Positions 1 to 14,865 of a stretch of DNA of 64,000 nucleotides are shown here, one piece after another. Origin of the DNA: Paramecium tetraurelia (Eukaryota); assembly GCA_000165425.1 (NCBI GenBank), contig CT868013.1:186001-250000 (forward strand). The letters run 5' to 3'. A program made the position numbers and the translations under genes. Within the stretch, counting starts at the first letter, position 1. Each line of letters starts with the position of its first letter. The notes under the pieces are model-generated. The model ran no database searches. It worked only from the letters and a program-made list of their open reading frames with translations, and was not told the DNA's origin.

Positions 1-1360
<1,360 letters not shown>

Positions 1361-1437
1361 TTTTGTGATTCTGTTTTAATTCATCATATATTTAAACATG
1401 CCAAATCACACATTTGCATAATTATTATTATTTTTTA

Positions 1438-2862
1438 ATGGCAACAGGCTACGACAGAATTGACCAAGAAACACTCAGGAGAGACGATCAACTTAATGGG
1501 TTGTTGTAGAGAATCAGATAAGATGTGATGAACGGATATGTTGTGGAGGTCAAAACTAGAGCCAATTCATATAATTAAGTAAGGAAATTGATCAAATTAG
1601 TTAGAGAATAATTCTAAGTAAAGTTCTGGATTACCCTCTATGAGCAATTCAATAGTTAAACATCCTCTGATTCAATAAAATGATTAACGCAAAGATTTAG
1701 ATGAAATTGCTGTAATTTCATAACGAGATCAATTATAAATGCTAAACCATTCCAAAGCACTTGGCTTTTCCCCTCCCAAAGTCAAAAGTGAAATAGTCAA
1801 GCCAGTTGTCGTCAACCAAGAATTGTCTCCCCAATAAACTCATCATTCAATTCCATAGAAAGAAGAACCTGCCCCTCAAAAAACCATCTCCCAACAATTG
1901 GATGAAATAGAAACGAATGCAGATACAGGTGATTGTTATAACAACATTAAAATCTTGAAGAAAATCAACGCTTAGCTCTAACAGTCAATGAAAGAAAGCA
2001 TTCTAGATTGCAACCATTTATTCAGTTAGGCAATATAGACTGTTAGAACCATGTGTTTATTGACCAGATTCTATAAGTAGGTAGGGGATTTCAAAAATGC
2101 TATCAAATAGTTGAAGGCTATCTAGAAATAATTCAAGATATTAGAACCAAATTTAGTTGGAAAAATTCTTATAGAATTGGGAAAGTTGCACTTTCTAAAT
2201 CAAGCCTATTAGAGTGCTCAATCTTCATATTATATGGCTCTCTAGCATTACGAAAAATTGGAATGGAAATCTGAAATAGCTCATATATTGCTTCTGATGG
2301 CAAAATTACATGCTTGGACAAGTACTTATTAATTAAACCATAGAAAATTTTGATTTATCAAAAAAATTAATCTATGGATCAATAGCCCTCCTAAAAGAGT
2401 TCCTTCCAGAGGATCATGAATAAATAGCTGAAGCTTATGTTGCATTAGGCGAATGCAGCTATATTTCTAAAAATTCAGAGGAAGCTATCGAATTTCTGAT
2501 GAAGGCTGTTAAAATAAAATATCAAATATACAAAGATTACAAGCATCTTAAATTTGTTGAAGTATTCAATCTTTTAGGACTGAGCTATGGATTAGTACCT
2601 GATATACAACAATCACTCAACTATTTTATCTAAGCATTATAATGCTTTCAGTATATCTCAAAATTTATTTAGGTAAAATTGTGTGTAACGAGCCTAAATT
2701 CTTAATAATATATCTGTGATCTATCAAGCATAAGGAGATGTAGACAAAGCAAGCAAATGTCATTCTAAAGCCAAGGAAATCTACTCAACTTTCTTACCAA
2801 ATTAGCATAGTTAGATGTAAAGATTAGTTTTAAATTAAACATGTCTAACTCCTCCTATGTGA
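1438..2862 (+). CDS. TPR-repeat protein
   Basis: MATGYDRIDQE...; helical repeats such as IAEAYVALGECSYISKNSEEAIEFLMKAVKI and VFNLLGLSYG; short GT-AG introns near 1579, 2322, 2651. Confidence 0.8.
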
Positions 2863-2897
2863 ATCAAATATTTAATATTTAATATATATATATAACA

Positions 2898-4069
2898 TCA
2901 TTATTCTTCTTCTATTTCCTTCTGAATCTCCCTTGCCAATTGTCTAATTTATTAAGAAACATCAATCATTCCCGATTTTTGTATCTTCTCAAACCAAACT
3001 AAGGCTGCCTTTTTATTTGTTTTGATCTTATCTGCACCTTCCCAATACATCATTCCAGCATTAAACTACATGTATCCGATATTTTCATACCTAAGATAAT
3101 GGGAATCCCAAGTTTCCAGCATGAGTAAACCATGCCAAAGCCTTAAAGTCATCCTTCTTCGTTATTCTGCCTTCTCTGTATATGACACCTAGATTGTGTT
3201 AAGCATCTAGTAGCCCCATTTCAGCTGCTTTCTTGGTGTAATGGAATTCTAAATTGTGATCCTTCTCGCAAACTATTCCCTCTCGATGACTAATAATAAA
3301 ATAACTTAGAATTTACAATTTTGCTAATTTAAAGAATGCCTAAGGGTTTTCATAAGCTGCAGCAATGAAATAGCACTCAAGTGCAAATTTCAAATCTATT
3401 CCTCCTGGAGTATCACCTCTTTCTGCCATCTCTCCAATATAATAGTAAGAATGGGGGAATTCATTCTCAGCGCAATCATAAAATAATTTATATGCTTCCT
3501 TTAATAATTTCTCTCTATCTTTTCTTTATTTTGATTGCATCATATTCATTGCTACTTTATACATTTCCTTGGCCACTAAATGTTAAGCTGGTTTATTCCC
3601 CTTATTTGCTAATTCTAATAGTTGGTGTTGGGCATCATCAAATTTGGCTTGATCTCCTTTTTGTGATGCATCTAGTTTTTTCAGATATGACAAATAATAT
3701 TCAGTATTCAATTTTTCAGGCTCATCAACAGCATTCTTTTTTGCATGAGTTAAAAATAATTATGTAATTTGCTCATTTTTTGGAGTGTCTAACTAAAATT
3801 AAACTTATATCTATACACATAGATCCAACAAATTATTCCACTGCAGCAACACATAAATAATGAGATTTGACTGAAGATAACACCTATTCAACCAAAGGAA
3901 ATTAATAGGCCCTTTCAGTCACAGATTTCATATCAAAAATGATTTTCTATATGGCTAATTTCAACTCTTCATTTTCAACTTGGGCATTCATAATTTGATC
4001 TGTCAATTTGTAATAGTCTACTTGTTTATCTGTCGAAAATCTGAATAGTCGAAATATTTTTCTAAACAT
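2898..4069 (-). CDS. Sel1-repeat protein, possibly mitochondrial
   Basis: Starts MFRKIFRLFRFST (presequence-like); Sel1 repeat AEMGLLDAQHNLGVIYREGRITKKDDFKALAWFTHAG. Confidence 0.85.
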
Positions 4070-4124
4070 ATTATAATAATTATTAATAAAAAAAGACATG
4101 TAATAAGCATCTATGGATAAATAA

Positions 4125-4754
4125 TCATTAAACGCTATCTGATCTTTATGAGAATAACTTGTCTACTAATTTGTCTTAAGCTTTTTATTTTAAGAATTAT
4201 TTCGAATTTGTTTTGTTCATTATTTTATTATTAATTAGTCCATACGGATCATTTACTTTTATACTACGCTTTCTTTCCCCTTAAGCTGATACAACACTAC
4301 ATCTTGAATTAGTTCTGCTCTCCCTTGTAATATTCATTGATTTCTCCTTTAAAGGGATAATCAATTTATATTGCATTGAATTCGCACTCTATGCATGTTT
4401 CAGTTTATTAGTATTATTGAATTAACTAATAATACTGAGTATTTTTGAATAGTCTTAAGCATTTGCTTAGGTCAATTATTTCAAGCTTTTATTTGGTAAC
4501 TTAATAGATTGAGTCATTTGGCTATTGTCTTGAGTTGTTGTCGTATGAGTATTGCGTCTTTATGTGATATTGGTGGTTATCTTAATAGGTTGCTTGAGAA
4601 ATCCCTTAAAGTCATCAAAGTAATAAGAAGGCATCGAGATTTCCCTTTTTTTTATTTTCTATGGCATTCTCAAAGTTCCATTGTTCCCAATATCTGGATT
4701 AAAGAACTAAGCTGTTTGTTAAAATTGTGCAAAGCTCTAATCAATACAAGACAT
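4125..4754 (-). CDS. hypothetical protein
   Basis: Open ciliate-code frame MPSYYFDDFKGFLKQPIKITTNIT...; start and intron structure uncertain. Confidence 0.45.
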
Positions 4755-4792
4755 TCAAAAAATGTGATTGTTAAAAATATAAATTACACATC

Positions 4793-5478
4793 TCAATTAT
4801 ACTATTAAGGCATTTTATATTCGAAATCACCCAGTTTCTCTCTCCTTATGTAACCAACGTATGGCATCACCTCTATCCAGACTTCAAAATTCACTGTAGC
4901 ATTACGCAGCTATTTATGAATATCTTTGAGTGGATATTCTGCTCTTTAATTTTTCAGAACAAGCTAAAATGACTAATAGATTTACCTTTGATGAAGTGCT
5001 CCAACTGCTGGGGTCATCTGGTCTAGAAATGATTTTATCATATATCACACAATCTGATTCATACTAATACTTCGATAAAATAAGCATACTCCTTTCTATT
5101 AATGCTCATGATGGACATTCACATACAAAAACAATTACTTTAAATTCCAATTGTACACAGGCTCAAAATCTAAATATTATACGTGTATCAAAAACCTGCC
5201 TCCAAGGAGAATTTAAATGTCACCTAATCCCAATCAGTTGCACCTCCATTATAATAAGTGGCCTTGTAATGTTGACTAAACAAAATAATCATTTTATCTT
5301 TGATACAATTTATCTGCACTTAAGATCTTTAGATCTACTGTTGGCTTTCCAGTCTTAAAAAAATATGCTGTGCCCTAATTCAGCAATGATAGAACGACTT
5401 ATCTAGAATTAGTAACGTACCTAATGTCCATGATGTGAAGAACACGATCTAATTAAAACGAGCTGTAATTGAATACAT
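4793..5478 (-). CDS. SPCS3: signal peptidase complex subunit SPC22/23
   Basis: MYSITARFNQIVFF; DFEPVYNWNLKQLFLYV; VIYDKII; NATVNFEVWIEVMPYVG match the SPC22/23 pattern (WNxKQLFLY, WDKI, WNVxPxxG). Confidence 0.88.
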
Positions 5479-5559
5479 TATTTAATTATTTATCAATATA
5501 AATATTTACAAACTCTCTTTACTTTCTAATATCCTCAATCAAAAGAGATATTATTTCCT

Positions 5560-5960
5560 CCTTTAGTTTCATTGTTTAATTCTAACAAATTTACATATTT
5601 CCCATAATAATTCCATTCATTTTTAAGTTGCAAAATTAAATTTTATTGGAATTAACTCTTAAAACGACGTTTCTAATTTTTATTATTGATAGGCGATGAC
5701 TTAAGTTGTACCAGTGATGATTAAGCAACAATGAATTTTGCACAATGGATGTTTAAAGTTTTCCTTAACTGCTTCATACTTCCCAAAATAGGCACTTCTA
5801 TATAATATGATTTTCAAACAGAAACTCTAAAGCATCTTTGAATTTTCTGTAACTCATATCACCAATATTTGTAGCAAATCTTGTTCTACAAAAGCGAGTG
5901 GATTAAAACCATCATTGAAGTAATATCAACTGTATCATAAATTACCTCTGCACAAGCAGA
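5560..5960 (-). pseudogene. decayed mitochondrial ADP/ATP carrier-like fragment
   Basis: NPLAF / RTRFATNIG and IILYRSAYFGKYE in shifting frames with in-frame TGAs; resemble YPLDFARTRLAADIG and IIYRAAYFGLYD. Confidence 0.65.
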
Positions 5961-6216
5961 GCCCTATTACTATTAATATATAATGCATTATGAAAAAAAT
6001 CAATATTATTATGAATTACTTTTAATTTATAAGGGGCAACTAGTTTAATTAGTGGAACAACAAAGATTTTTCATCTATATCCTCCCTAATTTTGATAATC
6101 TGTCATGAGATTCTAAGTTGAAGATCTCAAACAAGGAATTTTTTATGATTTAAGGTATAATAAATAAAAATTCTTTGTGATTTAAGATATAATGAATAAA
6201 AAACATGAAAATTTAA

Positions 6217-7173
6217 TCATTAGATTTGTTATGCTATTTTAAGATTTAAAGTTCGCAATTATTCATTTTCTTCGCTTTGTGTTATCTTTTCAAAAATGGT
6301 ATCAGTGAAGTCAATTTAGGTTTGTATAAAATTAATTTACTTAATTTCTTTTAAAATGTCTTCTTATTTCATATTTTTATTAATAAATATTATTTAATTA
6401 CAGTCCATATATTTGAAACTATTTCTCAAATGACTTTTATCTCCTTCTTCATTTTCGCTTAATTCCATGTTTACAACTATGATTGAAATGATATTTTTAA
6501 ATTTTCTTAAGTACTTTAATACTGATAATACCTTTTTCTTCATTAAATCAGTTCTTTCAAAGTTTACAATAATTCCAAAACTGGAAATATCTTTTCTATT
6601 ATCAAAATAATTTTAAAATTCCTTAATAAAAGCTTCTCTTTAATCGATATCGTCATCTAATTAAAATGATGGTGTGTCCACAAAATAATATTATTTATCT
6701 AAACTACCTACATGATAGTTTGAAATGCTAGTTGCGGTTTCATTTGAAATATTTGATAATTCCATTTATCTAAAGAAACTGCTTTTTCCAACTCCTGCTG
6801 TACCAAGCAGAATTACATAAATGGGATCTATCTATTATTTTGAATCTTTTTATCTTATTGGTTCTGGCACTACTTTTTGAGATGCTATATTTTACTCTTC
6901 TTATTTAATGTGTTTTTGTTAATTATTAGGTTCTATTTTTTTTTTTTGTAATTCAACCTAATTATCTAATTCAGGCTACTATTCAGGGCTTTTATGATCC
7001 ATATTTAAAAACTAGCCCATTTTGTGATCATGTTGTTTTCTTCCTGGATCAGCCACAACCTTTGGAGATGTTATATTTTATTTTTCTTATTTATTTTATT
7101 CTTATTCTTACTCACAATTGATTTCTTATTCTGGTTGCTATTTCTTACCTTTAATTGCACAACAACTCCCCAT
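6217..7173 (-). CDS. AIG1/GIMAP-like P-loop GTPase-fold protein, copy 1
   Basis: 957-nt frame; MGSCCAIK; VILLGTAGVGKSS; FVDTPSF; GIIVNFERTD. Confidence 0.8.
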
Positions 7174-7401
7174 TTAATTATCTTGTGATTATCATTATGT
7201 TTGAATGTTTTTTATCAATTATTAATAGAATTAGTTAATAGAAATATGTTAATTTGCAGATTTATAATTACTCCTCTACAGATGTGAATGACATTGTGTC
7301 TCTGAATAATAAACAATTAAAATATTCGGTACATAATATAAAAACATACATTTTTTTAGAATAAAAAAACTGATTTAAATTTAATTAAAAAATGAAAAAA
7401 A

Positions 7402-8277
7402 TCAAGGTTGCCTCAGATTACTGAAATGTTCATTCAACATTTTTAAGAAGTTCTCCTCCTCTGTTATATTAGGCTTTTCAAAAATAGTATCGGTGAAATC
7501 GATTTTTGTTTTTTCTTTAGGTGTAATTTACATAAATTATTCTAAAATCTCTTCTTAATTCATGTATTTGTTAATAAATATTATTTTATTGCATTCCATA
7601 TGTTTGAAGCTATTTCTCAAGTGATTTTTATCTTCTTCTTCATTTTCACTTAATTCCATGTTTACAACTATGATTGAAATGATATTTTTAAATTTTCTTA
7701 AGTACTTTAATACTGATGTTACTTTTTTCTTCATTATATCGGTTCTTTCAAAGTTTACAACTACCCCAATGCTTGAAATCTATTTTGGAACCTCAAAATA
7801 TTCCTAAAATTCCTTAATAACAGCTTCCCTTTTATCAATCTCATCATCTAATTAAAAAGACGGTGTATCAACAATAACATATTCTTCACCAAGAATTCCT
7901 TCTTTAATTTTTGGTTCATTATCCTTAGAATTTCTTGAAATATTGATTTCAAGTCCCTTAAGTGTCATTAACTCAATTAATGCATCTTTTCCAACTCCCG
8001 ACTATCCTACTAAAACTATGTAAGATTTATCCTCAAGTTACATTGCAAATTAATTATTATTACTATCATTATATGAACTAGATTTCTAATTGCCCTTACT
8101 TTTTATCTCAGCTTCTTTTATACCATCAGATTTTATATCTTCTTGTTTTTTATTATTCAAACTACTATTGTAATAGTGATTCTCTGATTAATTTAGGGTG
8201 TTCTTCGGCTGTTTCGTTCGTTAATCGTTTAATGAGCTGTTGGGTTCTAATTAACCTCCACAACATTATTATCCCAT
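7402..8277 (-). CDS. AIG1/GIMAP-like P-loop GTPase-fold protein, copy 2 (tandem paralogue)
   Basis: 876-nt frame; MGQQCCGG; IVLVGQSGVGKDA; IVDTPSF; long near-identical DNA blocks shared with copy 1. Confidence 0.8.
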
Positions 8278-9039
8278 CTTTATTTTTTTTATTATTATTT
8301 ATGGATCACAAAGCTTCAAAATTTGATCTAATAGAATTTGTTTAATATATTCAATACAAAAATCAATTTTTAAATAATAAATTTATATGAATTTGATTTG
8401 AATATCTATAATTTATAATTTGTATACAGAGTTTTAATTAATTATATACCTTTAATTTTTAGAAATATATCATTAAAATGCTTCACATAGGTAGTATTAC
8501 ATCTTTATGAGTTGATATAATAGATAATTACTGATGATATTATAGATAATTACAGATGGCCTCACCAAGCGATGATTACCCAAATCAAGATCTCATATTG
8601 AGGAATTACAGAATTGTTATGATTTTATAGTATTATATTGCAAAATTAATTGTATTTCTAAGTTATTTTAAAAATCATCAGTATTCTTTACAAATAAATC
8701 CAGTGGAATATAATTGGTTTGTTAAAACTTATACAAGTGCTCATTTTTGATTTACCCAATAAGAATAACTACTTTTTTATGACTTTAAATTTGCAGAAAA
8801 CACAGTTAATATTTCATTTATATTCTTATTCCCCAAAGAATAAAATTGTGGATTATTTAAATAATAAAGTTGCAGTTAACTACTAAAACAGAAAATAAAC
8901 AGTCTGGTTTGAGAGGCAAGGAATAAATAAAATTATAATTATTAATTCTATTTATATTTACAGATAGAATTATAAAAACAATAATTAAAATACGATTTGA
9001 TATTTGGATGAGTGATGCTACGATTAATTATCTATATTA

Positions 9040-10341
9040 TCAGATGTTATATTCACATTTAGACTACGGTAGTTGATGTTTTGTTATCCAAGGATGTTTA
9101 AGCATTTATTCGATTGTCAATCTTTTATTTGGATCGGATTGAAGACCACCTTTTACAAAAAAGGTTAATTCAGCTGAAAAAGTATGAGGAATTGTTAAGC
9201 GATGCTAAAGAAAGAGATAACTATTTTGATTACTTTTATTATGTTATCCATGATGCCTCTCTGATCTTTATTGCCCAATAGAATAAATGGAGTTTATCCA
9301 TAAACTAATTCATATGCAAGCACAGCTATTTGCCATGCATCCACTCTGGAATCATACCCTTTCATTTAAATTACTTCAGGTGCCATGAATTCAATCGTTC
9401 CACAAAAGGTTTCTCTTCTGTCTTGGTTTGAACAAACACAACCGAAATCTCCAATTTTTATTTGATTAAATGATAACATTATATTCTCTGTCTTCAGATC
9501 TCGATGCATAACATTGTTTTAATGCATATATTATATGCATTGTAGAATTTAGTATATATAATATGATGCTTTATTCTAAGTATTGAAGGCACAATTACTT
9601 CTGGGAACTTAAATCCAGGTTACTTTCTTTGAACTTTAAAGAGTTCACCATCATTGCAATATTCCATTAACAAGTACAAATTGAATTCATCAGAGTAACA
9701 ATTATACAACTTAACTATGTTTGGATGATTAAGTTCCATTTGCACTTTAATTTCTTGGATCATTTGTTTCTATAACTATTCATCCTAAATCTTCTCTTTC
9801 TTGATCACCTTCAAAGCATATATTGTACTAGTCAATTTGTCGCTTATTTTAAGTTCTGATAATACATGCACTAATGAACTTCTGAAAATTGTCCCCTTCC
9901 TAACAATTTGCCAATCCTAAATTGAGGAATTCCCTCAAATGTTTGGAACCTCTGCTTTGGAAACCAAGATTGAACAGTCTTATAATTCTATGTTCTTGAC
10001 ATTGTCATGCAATCCTGGGGGGAAACCTTTTTTAACATTGGTGATGCTATTCTGCTAGTCATGTTAACTAATGTTGGTGGTTTGTGTAATTATTCTGCTG
10101 TTGATTTTGATGAAGTTGATTCTTTGCTGCCACCTCGTAGTGTTTAATTAACTGAATCACGTAGTCTTAATAAGTTTTATTCAAGGGTGACTGTTTTAGC
10201 TATGAGGCCATTCCATTTGGTTTAGCTTTCATGCACCTTTTAGGAAATCGACATTTTAAGATTATTTTATATCTTTTCTGGTTTCTTGGGTTCTGAATTG
10301 CCTCTAACTTAAGTTGGCTTTTGGAGATAAAACGATTTCAT
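9040..10341 (-). CDS. Aurora-like Ser/Thr kinase
   Basis: FRIGKLLGRGQFSEV, YALK, MHRDLKTEN, IGDFG, CGTIEFMAPE; low-complexity N-terminus. Confidence 0.88.
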
Positions 10342-11101
10342 ATAAATATTAATTCTCAATTTATAAAGTAAGAATTGAAATTTTATAATATTCATAAAGT
10401 TTCATTTGAAATCTTTAGATGATTTATATTTCTATGTATCATGATAATTAATGGCTCTGCTTTATTTGATCATTAATAAATTGAATTACAATTTGAGTTT
10501 TATTTGATATGGATCAGATGGAATCCTAATTTTCAATTACAAAATTGAATTGAAGATACCCTAACTAGTTTAATGTCGAAATTTCAAACGATTGCTATAA
10601 TGAAGATTTGTGTTAAAAGAATAATATAACTTTGGAAAATGTATCTACTCAACAGTTTTTTTTAAATTCAGAATTAGGGTTTCATTGAATTTCTGAAATA
10701 ATCTCTTAACACATAAAAACAATCATTTAACCTTAAATTTGTAAAGCAATCAAAAAACTATTTAATAGATAAACCAACATTTAGATAGATATAAAATTGG
10801 AAATTTACTAAATGTCATTAATATTCATATAATAATAAAATAGCTCATGTTCAAATTGTTTGGAATAATATAAACAAGAAGTTCTACCTTACAAACAATC
10901 TTCAAAAAACCATTAAAACAAAAGTTATAAATTTTCCTATTAATTATACTATATCAAATTTAATTATGCAATCAGTTATCATATTTCAACAACTTAACTG
11001 CTACATTTGGTATAAAATTGTAGATTTAAATTCTTAATCTTATTTTATAAGCACTAGAAACAGTATACTTCAACTTTAAGAGTTTGGATTTAATTAATGA
11101 T

Positions 11102-12235
11102 ATGGATGATTTATTCACATCTTAATATTATTGGTTTATCTCTTTTGCATCATTAGTTATCTCCTCTGCATCATTAATTATCTCCCTGTTATCAGATATG
11201 CCTTTGATATATTATTAAATTGTTTAATGTTTTTTTATTATGTTTTAATTACTTTAATGGTTTGAATCTGAAGGGATTCATACAGAGAGTATAAAAATTG
11301 CGGAACTTACTCATGGATGCAATGGTGTTGTTGCAACTCAACCTATCCCATCAGATCAAGTATTTTTGCTAATTTTATGTAAAAGATCGTAATTAAAATT
11401 CCACTTCATTTGTGTATATTTAGTGAAGATCTCTTGAAAAATCACTACCAAAGATACAAGAAATTCTATCCTCATATATTCAATATTAATTTAAATGAAG
11501 ATGCTGAATTTAATTCTCTTGTTTTATACATGTAAAAATATATCATCATTCTAAAGATTATAACAAAGAGATAATGAAATGTCATTGCATAAGCCATATT
11601 TTGATTATGTAAAAGATCCCTAAAATATCTTATCTTGGACTTAAGAATAAGTTAATACCATAATGGATGAAAACTTAAAGAAAACAATTTAAAGGATGAG
11701 GGTTGGTTTGCAATTAAATTTTGTCAGGTTTGTAACATTTTTCAAAGAGCAATTCAAAAAGGGACTAAATTATGATTAATTTTTATATGCCTATCAATTT
11801 GTCATGACAAGATGTTTTGGTGGAGATGATCATCTTCAATCCCCTTGTTTGGTTCCTTTTGGGGATATGCTAAATCATCACGATAAATGTTAAACCAAAT
11901 AAAAAATCATTGGAACAGATCTTGTGTTTATTACAACTAAGCAAATTCAAGAAAACGAAGAAATTTATAATTTTTTTGGGGAACATGGCAATAGTTTCTT
12001 GTTATGTTGGTATGGATTCACATATGACAATAACATTTACGATAAACTATATCTATTATATGAAGATGATTAGATTAAAGAAGTGAGTTGCTATGAATTC
12101 CCTATGTGTAATTTCAAATTAAAGTATTACAAAGTTTGTTAAAGTATGATAAATAATCTCAATTTTAGAATTATTAAACCTGTTAGGAGAGTAGAGATTT
12201 AAAGAAGTGATGATGGAAGTGCAAGCGATCACTGA
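11102..12235 (+). CDS. SET-domain protein lysine methyltransferase (Rubisco LSMT/SETD3-like)
   Basis: GCNGVVATQPIPSD, AYQFVMTRCF, LVPFGDMLNHH, EEIYNFFGEHGNSFLLCWYGF; start uncertain. Confidence 0.85.
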
Positions 12236-12300
12236 AAAACAATTGAAATTCTAACCAGATTTATTGAGATGCTAATTATAAGTGATTTAAAATTAATTAA

Positions 12301-14835
12301 TCAATTTTTGAGTCTTTTTATCATATGTCTTCTTACAGAATAAAATTAAGCAGGAACAGAAGGCCTTGAAGATTTAAAAGAATCAAATTTCTTAGTTGGT
12401 TCCTGTTAGAGGTTCACCTGAAGTTTTGAATTCATGGTTGTAGAATTAGATTGAGCATTATTCCTAAGTGTATTTCCTCCATTTTTACTATTTTTAAACG
12501 GAGGTGATTTAGTGGTATTCCTATGCTTCTTTTATTTATTTACGGTTAGATAACTATGTAATCTAGAGTGACGCTTAGATTCAGATTAATTATAAGAATT
12601 AAGTCCTTTGATAGGGATGAATGTTTCTTCATCCAATCCTTCGAGTTAGGATGTAGATGGTCTAGGAATCAAATCATAGATTTTCTATTGTATAGATTAA
12701 TTTAAATTAGAAGGATTTTCTAGTAAATCGATATAGTCAAATTGCTGATTCACATAGTTTGTGATATATTTATTAATTTCAATTTTTTTTTTGGATTAAG
12801 AACGAGAGACAAGCTTTTTCAGATTTATTTATGGAGTAGGTGATTAACATAGTTATTAGGTTTTGTTTTGATGTGATTCAACAGAATGCATTTTAGTTTA
12901 TTGTGAAAATGGTTTAGAACTACATTTTTAATCTAATTTAGATTTTTAACCTGGAGACAATGTTATAAAATATTTTGATGTGTTAGATTTAGATTTAGAT
13001 TTAGGTTTCATAATTTCTTGAGATTAGTGTTCTATTACCTCTTCTTCGTTCTCATCATCATCTAATGAATCTGAGTTACCTTCAGAACAAGATTAGATCA
13101 TTTTATCTGCATCATTCTTTAATTCTTCTAACAACTTTGAAAATTTTGTATTTTAAAATGATATTTAACAAGGATCAATGATACTTTTCTTTTTAAGATA
13201 GTATTAATTTTTTGTTGATCTATAAGATCTACTAAGCTCATCACTTTTTGTATTATATATTTAATCCATTTCATTCTGAATGTTAATCATATCAATTAAT
13301 GTTTCTCCAATAATCCTACCCATATCTAGCCAATGTTTAGAAGTGAAATCAAATGTTTAAGTTTAGTTGTAGTAATTACCATTCGAAGTCTCAATTGTAA
13401 AACAATTTACTATGTCATACAATTGAGCAAATACACCTCGAGCAGTTGACCTCTTATTTGAACTTATTCTGAATATTGACGAGTAAAATCTAAACATCTC
13501 TGTTCTCTAACTAAGTAATTTTGGTAGAATACGACATTTATAATAATTATAATTCTAGAGAGTATATTCTGGACCATACAAAAAGACATTCTTTTTGACT
13601 AGTTTATATGTTATTCATACTAGAATGTCCATGTAAATCGATAAAAGCAATTAAATTACTTCCATATTTCTTGTATTAATCGTAAACTAGTCTCTTCATT
13701 GCTTGGACAGTAGGGAATCGAATTCCATCAGTCTATTTGAACTTCCTGTTTAAATCCTTTCCTGCTAAACCAGTTCTATAATTGCCTAGAATAACTCCAT
13801 CAGGATTCATCATAGGAACCACCTTGATTACGCATCTTTAATAGTTAATGAATTTGGATACTTCTCAAAAAGTTTAAGGGCTGATTAACTTGATAGAAAA
13901 TCCAGTACACCCTACATTACCCATGACCCATTTGATTCGCCAGGATGAATCCGAGCTTAGAGAATCAAGCATTTCTTACTAGTGCTTTTGCCCTTATTAA
14001 AAATCAACATTGGTAATTATACTCCTCCCAATGACTCGCAAAATATTTTGCGTTTGACATAATTACATCTCTTCTCTAAATTATCACAATATTCCAACAA
14101 TTAAGAAAATGTATATGGAACACAATACGCAATCTTTAGAAGTTCATTTTCTTTATTGCATTCAATGCAAAAGCTTAAACAATTATTATTTTGAAATTAT
14201 TTATATTAAATATTGTCTCCTCCCTATAACCATTCTTATGTTGTGGATCTCCAAATATAAGGTTTCATTCCTCTTTCATAAAGACGGTGAGATTTAGTGA
14301 AATTGCAAATATTCAATTGTATTTTTTCTCCTTAATTCAAACCGCTTAATTCAAAATTATACCAAGAAGTGTGTCCTTAAGTGTTACCATCAACTCTCAT
14401 ATATAAATCATACTCGAATTCTGACACTTAGATCACGATATCTAAGTTGCCACTCTCGAAAATGGAATTGAATTTAATTCTATTAAAGTAGGTAGGATTC
14501 ATTCCTAAAAATGGGAATTGTGGTTTGTTTGGGATTGTTGTGGCTCTTTTAAATGGGTAAGATGAAAGAGATGAATATTATTTATGCATTTAGTTGTTGT
14601 CCTGGGGTCTAAATCCAACATAGATTAGTTTTTTGTTCTGGGAGGCCTCCAATATTATTTAGTCGTTTAATTGAGTATTGAAGTTCAGTGTCAGTAATTT
14701 ACTCTAATCGAGTTTTGGTGTCCAGCCAAACAACATGTCATTATCGAGACTGATGGTATCATCAGTGATGTTCATTGGTTTGGGAATTTGATTACGAAAG
14801 GATTATATGTTCAAATCTCCATCTTAATTTAACAT
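12301..14835 (-). CDS. cytosolic zinc carboxypeptidase (CCP/AGBL, M14D; tubulin deglutamylase family)
   Basis: [31 protein letters not shown]...GKDLNR, IDLHGHS, FTIETS; 3' end approximate. Confidence 0.93.
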
Positions 14836-14865
14836 CAAATATATATATATTATATATATTAAAAT

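Noticed and set aside
6140..6203. Degenerate duplication of about 31 bp
   Set aside because: Low-complexity AT-rich sequence, two diverged copies, no further structure
8470..9000. Long TGA-free frames and a short duplicated tagataattac motif
   Set aside because: With only one stop codon, long open frames arise by chance; no recognisable motif or clear start
11138..11186. Imperfect 21-nt tandem repeat
   Set aside because: In-frame two-copy duplication within a predicted hydrophobic N-terminus; not an array
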